Part shown: one piece after another, positions 46,041 to 56,374 of the stretch
How the letters are laid out: each line of letters begins with the position of its first letter
How positions within the stretch are numbered: position 1 is the stretch's first letter
Assembly: GCA_937625935.1 (NCBI GenBank)
Contig: OW569349.1
Coordinates: 1 to 64,000, forward strand
Direction of reading: 5' to 3'
Source: Tetramitus jugosus
Lineage: Eukaryota; Protista; Heterolobosea
DNA length: 64,000 nt
The notes under the pieces: generated by a model
Databases searched by the model: none
Told to the model about the DNA's origin: nothing
The model's input: the letters and a program-made list of their open reading frames with translations, nothing else
Translations under genes and position numbers: made by a program

Positions 46041-47386
46041 ATGATACTAGCAAGTGGAAGTAACTCAATGGGTCAATGTTCAGCATCAGGTCATAAGACT
46101 GGTGCGAACTCACACTTGTTTCAATATGAGATTGAATCGGAAGTGGACGTCCCTTTCCCCACCAAATCTCTGCGTTCTGTCCACTGTGGAAAACAACATT
46201 CACTGTTCTTAACGAGTAAGTAATATCGTCAATCTCTATTTTGATACTCTTGAGATTAGACATTTTCACACGGGGAGTGTTTAACTGATCCCTCTTAGAA
46301 TGTGGACAGGTTTTTGCTTGTGGGAACAACCGAAATGATCAGTTAGGTTTCGGCGAAGAGATTGACGAAGTATTTGATGCTCAGAGAGTATCAAGCTTAG
46401 AATATTTCAAAGTTTCATCCATCTCCACTTTTTCTTCCTTTTCATTGTTTGTGACAAATGAAGGACAAGTGTATGGAGTTGGTCTCAACGATTCTTTTCA
46501 GTTAGGTCTTTCGAATACGAAGAGAATAGTGAAACCTCAATTAATTCCTTTTACTGTACCATCCCCATCACCAATCTCCAATAATGAAGAAGACGATACA
46601 GTGCCTATCATCCAATGCGCAGCAGGAGAGAACCATTCCTTGTTTCTATCGAGAGATCATCGTGTGTTTGGATGTGGAGACAACGAGCTGGGTCAACTTG
46701 GAATGGGTGATAATTTTGAAGCAGGAGAGGTCATATCTCCTGTTGAACTTTTGTGGTCAACGAGTTGGAAGGAAAGAGGACTGACAGTTGCAGCAAGTTC
46801 AACAGGAGTAAAGCACATTAGTACTGGCGCCCATCACTCGGCAATCATAACGAACGATAATTCTATCCTCGTGAGCGGTAGTAATACCTATGGCCAATGC
46901 GGAGCGGCATGGGACATAAAGTGTGTCACTTCCTTCCATTTGGTCACCACAGTTGACCATGCATTCTTGAAGGGCATTAAAATCTCTTGTGGAAGGAGGC
47001 ATACCCTGGTGTTGGACGAAGATCACAGAGTGTGGGCATTTGGGGACAATTCATTCGGTCAACTAGCGATCGACGAAGAAGAGAAGGGAGTGTGTTATCC
47101 GACAGATATCACAAATAGAATGGAGCATTTAATGGACACAGATGAGATCATAACAGATATAGAAGCAGGATTTAATTACTCCATGTTTATTACATCGAAT
47201 GGTAAGGTTATTGCCTGCGGAAGCAATGCGGAGCACAAACTGGGTGTGCGTGACCAATCCACGGGAGATAACAGTACCAAGATAAGGACCCCACACTTGG
47301 TCTATTCTCTGAAAGAAACTCAAAACAGGATTCATATTGCCTGCGGATTCTTCCACTCCATGTTGTATGAGGTTTCTCCTGAATAA
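46041..47386 (+). CDS. RCC1-repeat protein; intron 46216-46298
   Basis: GSNSMGQC, CGKQHSLFL, GDNELGQLG, CGRRHTL repeats; splicing restores the frame. Confidence 0.9.
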
Positions 47387-47492
47387 ATTTATCATCTTGA
47401 AGGATGCACAATAAATACACCGCGAACGCGCGAAACAAAAACTTCCACCAAATTTCGGAAGCCAGAAAACTTGTCAGATCAAAAAATCAAAC

Positions 47493-50400
47493 ATGGGTGT
47501 TCATGAACTGTTCAAGCTATTGGAGCCAGCAAGTGAACCAATCAAACCCAATGAACTGAATGGCAAAATATTGGCTGTTGATATCTCTGTGTGGATGCAT
47601 CAGTTCATACATGGAACTTTTTTGAGTGAGAGCGATCACCCGGATGGTGAAGATGAAGACAAGGTGGAGCACGACAATATTGCTGCCTATCTCCAAAAAT
47701 TGTTTCTTCGATTTTGTAAATTGTGGTTCTGGGGTGCAAAGATTGTCATTGTGTTTGATGGACAGACACCGTTGCTCAAGAAGAACACTGTTGCTAAGAG
47801 ATTGAAACAGAAGCGTCAAGATGAGAAAAAATTGCATCTCGTGGCCAAAAAGTTGCTCAAGAATCGGCTAGAGGGATTTGCATTGGATCGTGTCACAACA
47901 AAAACGACACCAGCGACAGCGCGAAAGCAACGGCCCAGTGGTGATTATTTGCGCGATGAAGAAGAGTTGGACGATTTTGCACTACCAGGTTATAACAAAA
48001 GGAATGAAAGTAGTGCTGCAAGTTCCTCTATAGTCGGAGAGATCAATGACAGTGTAGATGAAGCTTCCATGTCTCAATTGAGCACACCGGATAAGAAGAA
48101 GGCTTCTTCTGCACTCAGTGAATCAGACATTTATAATGATCCGAGGAATTGGGACTTTGGAGACGCAGCTGTAGACATTGAAACAGTATTTAAAACTCCA
48201 CCATCGACAAAGAGCTCCAAAACTGTGGATTCTGTGTCTCCAAATAGCCAGATCAATAACGATGCATACGACGAGGAAGAAGATCCTGTTTTTGATTACG
48301 ATATAGAGGATATTGATGAGGAAGTGTTCGCGAAGCTTCCAGCGTCCGTACAACAACAACTCTTGAAGAATATGCGTCGATTAAAGAGACGAGCACCGGC
48401 CACGAAAATCTCAACGTTACAAACGCATACACCGGACTCATTTTCCTCCACTCAATTGAGTAATTTTATTCAGGGAAGAAACGCACATCGAAAACTTCAG
48501 AAAATTATGCAGGATGCTCAGGAGGCGAGTCAATTAGAGAAACATTCAAATCTATTAACACCCAAACTCGAAGATCAGTTAGATAATATGGAGTTAATCG
48601 GTGGTCGCTTGGCAAGTGATGAGAACACTCGATTTATCCTGCTCACTACACCTGAAAAGTCTGCGGACAAGGAACAAGGTACCAGGCGCCTCACAAATCG
48701 TTCTTCTTCACAACTCCCTGCTTCTCAACAGTCCGCTTCGTACTCAGGAAATGATACTTATGACCCGCAAGATGAGATAGTTAGCGAGAGAGTAACGTCG
48801 ATAGACGATCGTGATATTCAGATCGATTTTGATACGTATACGCCTAATCCGTCACACGAAGCGAGAGATGATCAACAAATGTTGACAAATGACAATAATG
48901 GAGACGTGATTGTTGTCGAGGATGACAGTGATGATGATTTCGAATCAGTGGGTCTCAATAATGACGATATTGTTATGGAAGTGGACAATAATGATGATGA
49001 TGAATACGAGAGTGCTCTCAACACGACTATGTATGATGAGACGATCACAGTTGATCTAATAGCGAGAGAGTTGTTTCCTGCTTCAATGTTCGAAAGAGCC
49101 AATGTACAAGAGTCTGACATGTTTCCTGCTTCAATGTTTGAAAAACCATCCAACATTGACAGTAGTGAACTCAATCGGACCGAAGAAGTTGAGACAGTAG
49201 TCATAGACATTGTTGAGACAGAAGAAGAATATAGAATAACTGAAGAAGAAATTGGTAGTCAAGACACCGGAATGCAAAAGCTAAGAGTACCTGTCCAGCA
49301 ACAATTACCACTGGAATCTGATGTAAATAGTATCGTAGATAATATTGAGACGATAGCAGAAACTTCTACAATGTCTGTTTCGCGAAGTGATGTAGAGTCC
49401 GTGTCTCTTATACGCACTATTATCGAGGAGATTATTGATGTAGAGGACACAGAAGAAAAACCTGCATCATTTACGATTGAACTGGACGCTACGGAGGAAA
49501 AAATAGACAGGAAGGGTAAGGGACATGTGATTGATGTACATGAAACGGAAGACCGACTGGAGAGAGAGGTAGATATATCGGTTGCTCCTAATCAACACTC
49601 ACCTGTTCTATCTGAGGAGACAATACGTGAACGAGAAGTAATGATTGAACAAATGAGAGAGCAATTAAATAGTGAACAACAAGTGCTCCGAAAAGAACTC
49701 AATCGAGCCAAGAAATCAACTCAAGCCATATCAGAGCATCTGGTAGAGAAAACCAAGGCTCTCCTGCAGGCGCTCGGAATACCATATGTCGAATCTCCTT
49801 ATGAAGCAGATGCTCAATGCGGATATCTCAGTCAACATGGGTTGGTACATGGTGTAGTAAGTGAAGATAGTGATATGTTATTGTTTGGGTGTAGTGTGCT
49901 ATACAGAAAATTATTTGGTCGTGATGACTGCCAAGTTTATTCTTACAAGAATATAGAAGAGCGACTCGGATTGACCAGGAGAGAGTTGATACAACTAGGT
50001 ATGCTATTGGGTTGCGATTACAGTGATGGAGTCCATGGTGTTGGTATTGTGACAGGAATACAAATCTGTGATGCGTTTAACAGACTGGTAGATGCCAAGA
50101 GCTCGTCTCGCAAAAAAACGTTCACGATTACTGACATAATAGCTCCTCTGCAAAAGTTTGCTGAGTGGGTTACTAGCAAAGATGATATGTTTGATGATAC
50201 AGGTGGTTTTAAATTTAAGTTTAGGAATATTAAGCGGAATTTTGTTCTTCCACATGGGTTTCCAGATGAACGAATAGCTGATGCGTTCTTGAATCCAACT
50301 GTTGACAAATCTCAAGAAGAGTTTGCATTCGGTACGTTTGGATCTGACGAGGGAGAAGAAAACATGGTTGGTCTCGATATACAAACATTACATCGATTTG

Positions 50401-50663
50401 GTGCTGAGAATATGAACTGGAGCAAAGATACCATAGATCATCATTTGAATACCCTCGTTGGAGCTTACAAGAAGAAAACTAAACAGCAGAATTCAACTGG
50501 CCCCATGGATTATTATCTTTCGAAACCCACGAACAGAAACATCAGAAGCGAGGGCATTAAGAGAGCAGTGAAAGGGTTGACCTTCAAACGCAAACAGGAG
50601 TCACAATCGAATTCGGATTCATTGGAGTCAGAAGAGCCAACAACGAAAAAGAAGAGAAAATAA
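47493..50663 (+). CDS. ERCC5: XPG/Rad2 nucleotide-excision-repair endonuclease
   Basis: MGVHELFKLL..LAVDISVW..VFDG (XPG-N); long acidic spacer; PYEADAQC..SEDSDMLLFG, LLGCDY..GV.GVG (XPG-I/H3TH); C-terminal NLS. Confidence 0.95.
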   Translation: MGVHELFKLLEPASEPIKPNELNGKILAVDISVWMHQFIHGTFLSESDHPDGEDEDKVEHDNIAAYLQKLFLRFCKLWFWGAKIVIVFDGQTPLLKKNTVAKRLKQKRQDEKKLHLVAKKLLKNRLEGFALDRVTTKTTPATARKQRPSGDYLRDEEELDDFALPGYNKRNESSAASSSIVGEINDSVDEASMSQLSTPDKKKASSALSESDIYNDPRNWDFGDAAVDIETVFKTPPSTKSSKTVDSVSPNSQINNDAYDEEEDPVFDYDIEDIDEEVFAKLPASVQQQLLKNMRRLKRRAPATKISTLQTHTPDSFSSTQLSNFIQGRNAHRKLQKIMQDAQEASQLEKHSNLLTPKLEDQLDNMELIGGRLASDENTRFILLTTPEKSADKEQGTRRLTNRSSSQLPASQQSASYSGNDTYDPQDEIVSERVTSIDDRDIQIDFDTYTPNPSHEARDDQQMLTNDNNGDVIVVEDDSDDDFESVGLNNDDIVMEVDNNDDDEYESALNTTMYDETITVDLIARELFPASMFERANVQESDMFPASMFEKPSNIDSSELNRTEEVETVVIDIVETEEEYRITEEEIGSQDTGMQKLRVPVQQQLPLESDVNSIVDNIETIAETSTMSVSRSDVESVSLIRTIIEEIIDVEDTEEKPASFTIELDATEEKIDRKGKGHVIDVHETEDRLEREVDISVAPNQHSPVLSEETIREREVMIEQMREQLNSEQQVLRKELNRAKKSTQAISEHLVEKTKALLQALGIPYVESPYEADAQCGYLSQHGLVHGVVSEDSDMLLFGCSVLYRKLFGRDDCQVYSYKNIEERLGLTRRELIQLGMLLGCDYSDGVHGVGIVTGIQICDAFNRLVDAKSSSRKKTFTITDIIAPLQKFAEWVTSKDDMFDDTGGFKFKFRNIKRNFVLPHGFPDERIADAFLNPTVDKSQEEFAFGTFGSDEGEENMVGLDIQTLHRFGAENMNWSKDTIDHHLNTLVGAYKKKTKQQNSTGPMDYYLSKPTNRNIRSEGIKRAVKGLTFKRKQESQSNSDSLESEEPTTKKKRK

Positions 50664-50695
50664 AGTTGAATTTTACTCTGACTATTCTCAAGTGG

Positions 50696-51019
50696 TTAAC
50701 ACAAGTCACTGTCATCGCTCACTTCGTCGCTTGAATCCTTGCTGACCTCTGTAGAAGGATCCTGTTTTTTTTTACGCTGTCGAGTGTCTTGCAAAGATTG
50801 CTTCCGGAGCGAACTCAGAGTGCTCAGGATTGTATCAAATTGTCTCATGACTTCTCGATATTCATTCATGTACTCTGGAATCTTCTCAATCCACTCCTTT
50901 TCGAGCTTAACGAGCTCTTGAGACTCGATGTACCCGGTAGAGAATAATCCCAGAGCTCGTTGCACTTCTTTCATATAGTCTTCCGAGCTCAATGACTGTC
51001 GAGAGTTTTCATTTGACAT
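50696..51019 (-). CDS. Hypothetical 107-aa coiled-coil protein
   Basis: Intact ORF filling the gap between two genes. Confidence 0.5.
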   Translation of the reverse strand: MSNENSRQSLSSEDYMKEVQRALGLFSTGYIESQELVKLEKEWIEKIPEYMNEYREVMRQFDTILSTLSSLRKQSLQDTRQRKKKQDPSTEVSKDSSDEVSDDSDLC

Positions 51020-51100
51020 GTTGGCGGTGATATTTAGAGCTTTGAGAAATTTGTTTGTGATCAGTCGAGTTGTTCGGACATTTGATCGCAGCTGTCATGT

Positions 51101-54100
51101 CTATCCACCAAATCCAAGTGCTTCAGATATGGCTAGAATGGTCATCTGCAAGTAAAGAGACAAATTCTTTAGTTCTTTGGCCTTCAACCGACTACTTTGA
51201 GCATTATCGTCAGATGTGGTTGCCTGAAGTTCGCGATATCTTTTGAGCATACTACTCTGTATCTTGTGAATGACCTCGAGATCAACAGAATCATAGTTTC
51301 TCTTGACGATTTTCTGTCTCGATTTTTCAGAAGTATCGATTCTGAACACCCACTGTCTGGTTTGTGTGGCTTCCCTTTCTGTCTCGCTCAGTAAGTTTCG
51401 CTCCTCTTCTGTTGCGTCCTGCGTATATTCGTCAACAATACGCTTATTGCGAATCATGAGAGAATGTATTTTGTTTTCAATAGAATACCTGAATGGTGCA
51501 TACTCTTGGAACATTTCTCTCAATAATTGTACAAATGTAATCTGTCTCTCTCTCAAGAATAGAGTGATTCGAGCAAAGTCCTCAATGAGTGAATCTATGG
51601 ATGGATAGAAGGTTGACAGAATTGTTAGCACATTTTTGATCATATCGCCTCGCAATTGAAACTCTCCCATGGGTTGAATCTCCATCAATGAAGAGCGAAC
51701 TGCAGTTGTGTTGTTGACAGAGTTCACTCCAACATGCTGCAATAATTGTACTAAGACTTTCGGAAGTGGTGACTCTGCTTGAATCATTCCCACAAGGCAA
51801 TACAATGTTGTTACTAGATTTCCTCCTTCGAATAATATTGAAGCTTGATCAAATGCTGTACCGCATCCGTAGTAAGCGACAGTAAACTCTCTCATCTGTG
51901 CAAGATCCATCGCAAAAGGTATGGCTCGAATGTTGTCAATGTTGTAACTCACTCCTGAACGACATACAGGCCTGCTAGCAAACTGACAGCCAGGCAACAC
52001 TGGCAGTATAGTGTATTTTGCGAGAATAGAAAAGTAAAGATCACCGTGACCCTCTTCACTAATCAACTCCTTCCACTTATAGTTGGACAAATGACCACAG
52101 AGCTCAAACACAGTTTGATGTAAGGGATTGGAATCAAATGGAGAAACTTTCAATCGTTGATTCACCACTGATGATACATGAGCAGAATAGATATCGTGAT
52201 AGTGATCCAATGCAGAAGATGCGGTGGCATACCGTCTCAGATATCGATTCTGCTCTGTGTGATCCTCGGACAATGTCGTGTAGGACTGAGAGGCAATTGA
52301 CCGCTTAATGTTGCCTCCAAATCCTCGAGGGAGTGAATCTCCTCTACCTCGATAGAAAACAAATCGTAGGCGGTCACTCTCGCTCTGAATGCTCGAATTG
52401 AGCGTTTGCTCTAGTTTTCCAAGCTCGATACATGCGCGAGAGACTTGTGCATCGGAGCATAGTGCTGATCCATCACGTACAGAATCGGAGTATCCCAGCA
52501 TGACTGTAACAGTTCTATTCCGATAGTTTGTAATATATTGGAGTATGAGAGGTATTTCCAACAATTCCTTCAATATTCTCGGTGCATTTTTCAAGTCCTC
52601 AATCGTTTCATACAAGCCAGTGATATCTTGATGACAGACAAGCTCAGGTCCGCTGTCCGTTTGAGTCAGAGTAACCATTCCGCTCAATTTCAGTAGGAGC
52701 ATGACAACAAGGATATCAGATACATCTTGACACATGCTAATAATAAACTTTCCAACCATGTTTCTGTCAGTGTTTACAGCATCTGCGTAGATGAGTAGCG
52801 ATTGTAAAGTGTCTCTGGACAAGCGTGTCATTTGTGAAAGGAGACTCGGATCGAATTCTAAATCAGGTGATAAGATCAAATCCATGAGCATCCTTCTCTT
52901 CTTACTTTCATTCTCGCTCTTCAACTTGGCGCCATAGGGATGACCAATGAGATTCGCGTACTCTATTACTGTTGCTAGATTTTGGGTGCTCACTTGACGA
53001 AAATCCACCGAGCACATGTGCAATCCAAAAGTGTCCACAAGAATCTTCAAATCTTGCATCTGGGATCTCGCTTGGGACTTGCCATCATTCTTTATGAGAC
53101 TGTCGTACATTACATTAATATCTTCCATGAGCTCCTCGGACGAACTGTATCCAGAGGGACCAGTCAACGTCAGTGATAACAGTGGTTTTGTTGCCTCGCC
53201 TGTTCGATCAGCGATTTCAGAGGTACGATGGAGAGAGTTCGTCAATTTTTCGAGCACATATCTGAGCTTTGCTCGATAAGGTTCTTGGAATTTCACGGTG
53301 TCGATAAATGGAAACTTCTTTGCATCCATCTTCATGCTTTCCAAGAGTTCAGCACTCGCTCTTGAATTATTCAATGACGGTGTGATCATATCCACCATTG
53401 ATCGGACCAACTGAGTGTAGTATTGCAAGACGAACAACTTTTGTTCCACAAATGTTTGATTGGTGAAAGCAGCCGTGACAAAAGGATTACCATCTCTGTC
53501 TCCGCCTTTCCATGTAGAGAAGTGAATTACGGACTTTGAGAGCTTTGGTCTCGTAGGTAGAAGATGCTCCATTCCCAGCTGTCTAAACGTTTTCTTGATC
53601 GTAGACACCCTGTCAGCTCTTGTTGCCTTTGTGATACTCAACCAGAGTGAAGAGAATGTGTTGATCCAATTATTGTCTGATTGAGATATTATGGCTGCAT
53701 TGAACAACCAATACGCTTCCATGACCAATTGCTTACAAAACTTTTGATGCACAGGAAACGATTCAAATATGATTCTATACCGATCCATCAATCGTCTAGC
53801 CTCAGCTGTGACAGTGATCGGCTTGAGTCTCAACTGATCAGACTGCCACACAGACTCGATCTCTGCCTTAATCTTTCTTCTGAGTTGGTTGAGTTGCTCT
53901 CTTCGAATTCTATATTCTGGTGAGTCGAGTGAGATTCTTTGAATAGATACCCACTCTCTTCTCCATCGAATATAGAGATCCAGTATCCTTGTATAGTGCA
54001 GTAAATTAGTGGATCGCTCAGTTTCGTTGGGATGCACCGTACTTACGAGTCTCAGTCGACACTCATTCACAAACTGTTCAAAGGAACGAAATGTTGCCTC

Positions 54101-54724
54101 CAAATCTCTCCCATTTCTCTCATACTCATTCTCCAGATAGGCCATATAACTCTGGAGCACTAACTTTGATCGCAACTTGTTATCTTCGTCCAAACCACTC
54201 AAACTCTGTGATGAGTCATTTCTGGTCAACAACATCAATTTTCTTGGCTTCAAGAAAGCCATACTCTCTTCTTCTAGATCACTCAGATGGATCTTGATGT
54301 GAATTGCTCGAACAACACAGTGCAATATTCTGAAAGTTTTTTGCTTATTATCCAAGGATAGGATCTGATCAAAGCACGATTCTAAGCTACATGTGTCTTC
54401 TTCATCCAGAGACGAAAGAGAGGAGCAAGAGGAGAATTGATCAACAGCAGAGGCAACACTTCCAAAAGATGACGCAACAGACATGCGATGGATCATGTAC
54501 TTCGAGAGCTCCGCTACGTCCGGATCATCTTCATCCATCGACCAGATATCAATCTGCTTCTGAGACAAATTCTTCCAAATCTCCAGCAGTGAATGAATTG
54601 GCTTTGCAGTCTCAATGGTCTCTACATTCATGAACCAAAATTTATCAAAAGGAGCAGCATAGTTGGTGCGATTGAATTTTGCCCTTGTCGTGGGTGTGAA
54701 AGGTGTTGGAGATAGTTCACTCAT
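51101..54724 (-). CDS. ppc: Phosphoenolpyruvate carboxylase, divergent
   Basis: TVHPNE, WKGGDRDGNPFVT, EPYR, DFRQ, YETIEDL, VMLGYSDS, GRG, SRP..R, IRAIPF; probable start MSELSP at 54724. Confidence 0.9.
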   Translation of the reverse strand: MSELSPTPFTPTTRAKFNRTNYAAPFDKFWFMNVETIETAKPIHSLLEIWKNLSQKQIDIWSMDEDDPDVAELSKYMIHRMSVASSFGSVASAVDQFSSCSSLSSLDEEDTCSLESCFDQILSLDNKQKTFRILHCVVRAIHIKIHLSDLEEESMAFLKPRKLMLLTRNDSSQSLSGLDEDNKLRSKLVLQSYMAYLENEYERNGRDLEATFRSFEQFVNECRLRLVSTVHPNETERSTNLLHYTRILDLYIRWRREWVSIQRISLDSPEYRIRREQLNQLRRKIKAEIESVWQSDQLRLKPITVTAEARRLMDRYRIIFESFPVHQKFCKQLVMEAYWLFNAAIISQSDNNWINTFSSLWLSITKATRADRVSTIKKTFRQLGMEHLLPTRPKLSKSVIHFSTWKGGDRDGNPFVTAAFTNQTFVEQKLFVLQYYTQLVRSMVDMITPSLNNSRASAELLESMKMDAKKFPFIDTVKFQEPYRAKLRYVLEKLTNSLHRTSEIADRTGEATKPLLSLTLTGPSGYSSSEELMEDINVMYDSLIKNDGKSQARSQMQDLKILVDTFGLHMCSVDFRQVSTQNLATVIEYANLIGHPYGAKLKSENESKKRRMLMDLILSPDLEFDPSLLSQMTRLSRDTLQSLLIYADAVNTDRNMVGKFIISMCQDVSDILVVMLLLKLSGMVTLTQTDSGPELVCHQDITGLYETIEDLKNAPRILKELLEIPLILQYITNYRNRTVTVMLGYSDSVRDGSALCSDAQVSRACIELGKLEQTLNSSIQSESDRLRFVFYRGRGDSLPRGFGGNIKRSIASQSYTTLSEDHTEQNRYLRRYATASSALDHYHDIYSAHVSSVVNQRLKVSPFDSNPLHQTVFELCGHLSNYKWKELISEEGHGDLYFSILAKYTILPVLPGCQFASRPVCRSGVSYNIDNIRAIPFAMDLAQMREFTVAYYGCGTAFDQASILFEGGNLVTTLYCLVGMIQAESPLPKVLVQLLQHVGVNSVNNTTAVRSSLMEIQPMGEFQLRGDMIKNVLTILSTFYPSIDSLIEDFARITLFLRERQITFVQLLREMFQEYAPFRYSIENKIHSLMIRNKRIVDEYTQDATEEERNLLSETEREATQTRQWVFRIDTSEKSRQKIVKRNYDSVDLEVIHKIQSSMLKRYRELQATTSDDNAQSSRLKAKELKNLSLYLQMTILAISEALGFGG

Positions 54725-55346
54725 GTTCTTAGGGTGATGCAAGTATTCCTTTTGTTGGTGTTTTGTGCACTTGAGGGAGTTGTATTTCCAACAAAAAATA
54801 AAATTCAACTTACAAAAACTATTTCCGGAGTTGGTCAACTCTGATCCATCGCATGCGTGGGAGATCTCAGGAAGATTGTTCTACTTCCGCCCAAGAAGGC
54901 AAACGAAACGAGCGGATAAATAAGTTTTTGTAACTCGACGATAAATAATTCTAATTGGACGAGGAACCACCTTTGCAGGAACTCCATTTCAATTCCTCTT
55001 CAATGAAGTCGAAAAGGTTGCCATGGTTCATGCTGCAATTCGTTTCGCTGCCCTTCATATCCTCATAGCAGGATACGTACTTTTTGTACCTGTCTTCTAT
55101 GGCAATTGCACATTCCTTTTTTTCACACGTGGATCAGAATTTTTTTTGCTTCCTATCGGATCCGGTAGGAAAATTCCAGTTGCGCGCCCATTCCGTTGGG
55201 TATCGCAGCTTGCATGGTGCAGGGAGGTCTCTGCCAACGCACACGCACGAGAGTCTTCGAGTCCCTGAACACAAAAAAAAAATTGCATCGAAAAACTGTG
55301 AAAAACAAAAAATTTTCCACACCTCACACACCGCCACCCACTCATA

Positions 55347-56320
55347 ATGACAACACTCCAAGAATGGTACAACCAATATGAGGTCACCATGACTGAGCTT
55401 AGCAAGCGCAGTGGCTTCTTCATTGATGGATACCCTCATTCAGGCCCTATTGTTGCCCTTGTACTCTATGCTGCAATGCTGGTGTTTTTGCCCAAGATTT
55501 TGGCGCCAAAGAATGGCACAAAGTCATCTCCACCAGGCAAACTACTCAAGTTTATCATGGCATCATGGAACTTGTTACTGTCAGTAGTCAGTGCATTCAT
55601 GGTACTTGGTATTGCCATTCCATACAAGTCAATCTTGCAGGAGAGAGGATTCCTGGGTGGTTTGTGTGATGTGGTTCACGACTTGGACATTCACTCACCA
55701 AAGCTCTTTTGGATTCACATTATCGTCTACAGCAAGTACTTGGAGTTGGTGGATACCTTGTTGTTGATTGTGAAGAATCCATCGAGACCTGTTCCATTCC
55801 TCCACTGGTATCACCACATGACTGTGTTGGCATTCAGTTGGTACGCTGGTGTGTTCAAGTACACTCTGGGATATTGGTTTGGTACCATTAATTGCTTTGT
55901 GCACACAATCATGTACTTTTACTACTTTTTGACCGTATGTATTACGTTGTTTGTTCCTTGCTTGTTTGTTGTTATTGTTTCTGTTGAAATGAACTGTGAG
56001 GATGTATGCTAATGCAAAATGATGATCATTTTTCTCTGTGTGAAAAAAAAAACAAATGGACAAAATAGGAATTGGGATATAGACCGAGCTGGGCCATCGT
56101 CATTACCGTCATTCAAATCCTTCAAATGTTCATTGGTATTGGATTGAACATTATCTGGGCAAGGGAATGGTTGAGTGGCAAACAATGCTTCTGTCATGAC
56201 CCAATTGCAATGCTCGTTGCTGCAACGATCATGTACGGCAGCTACCTCTATTTGTTTGTCTCCTTCTTTGTTAAGAGATACTTTGGTGGATCAAGCAAGC
56301 CAAAGGCTAAACCTGAATAA
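55347..56320 (+). CDS. Fatty-acid elongase (ELO/GNS1/SUR4); intron 55935-56068
   Basis: SKYLELVDT, FLHWYHH, NCFVHTIMYFYY, ITVIQILQM. Confidence 0.95.
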
Positions 56321-56374
56321 ACGTATCCGAGGATATACATACGTCCAATTTAATAAACAAGATTTATTATCTTG

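Noticed and set aside
49071-49145. Short direct repeat inside XPG (FPASMFE x2)
   Set aside because: In-frame local duplication in the disordered spacer; no sign of an element.
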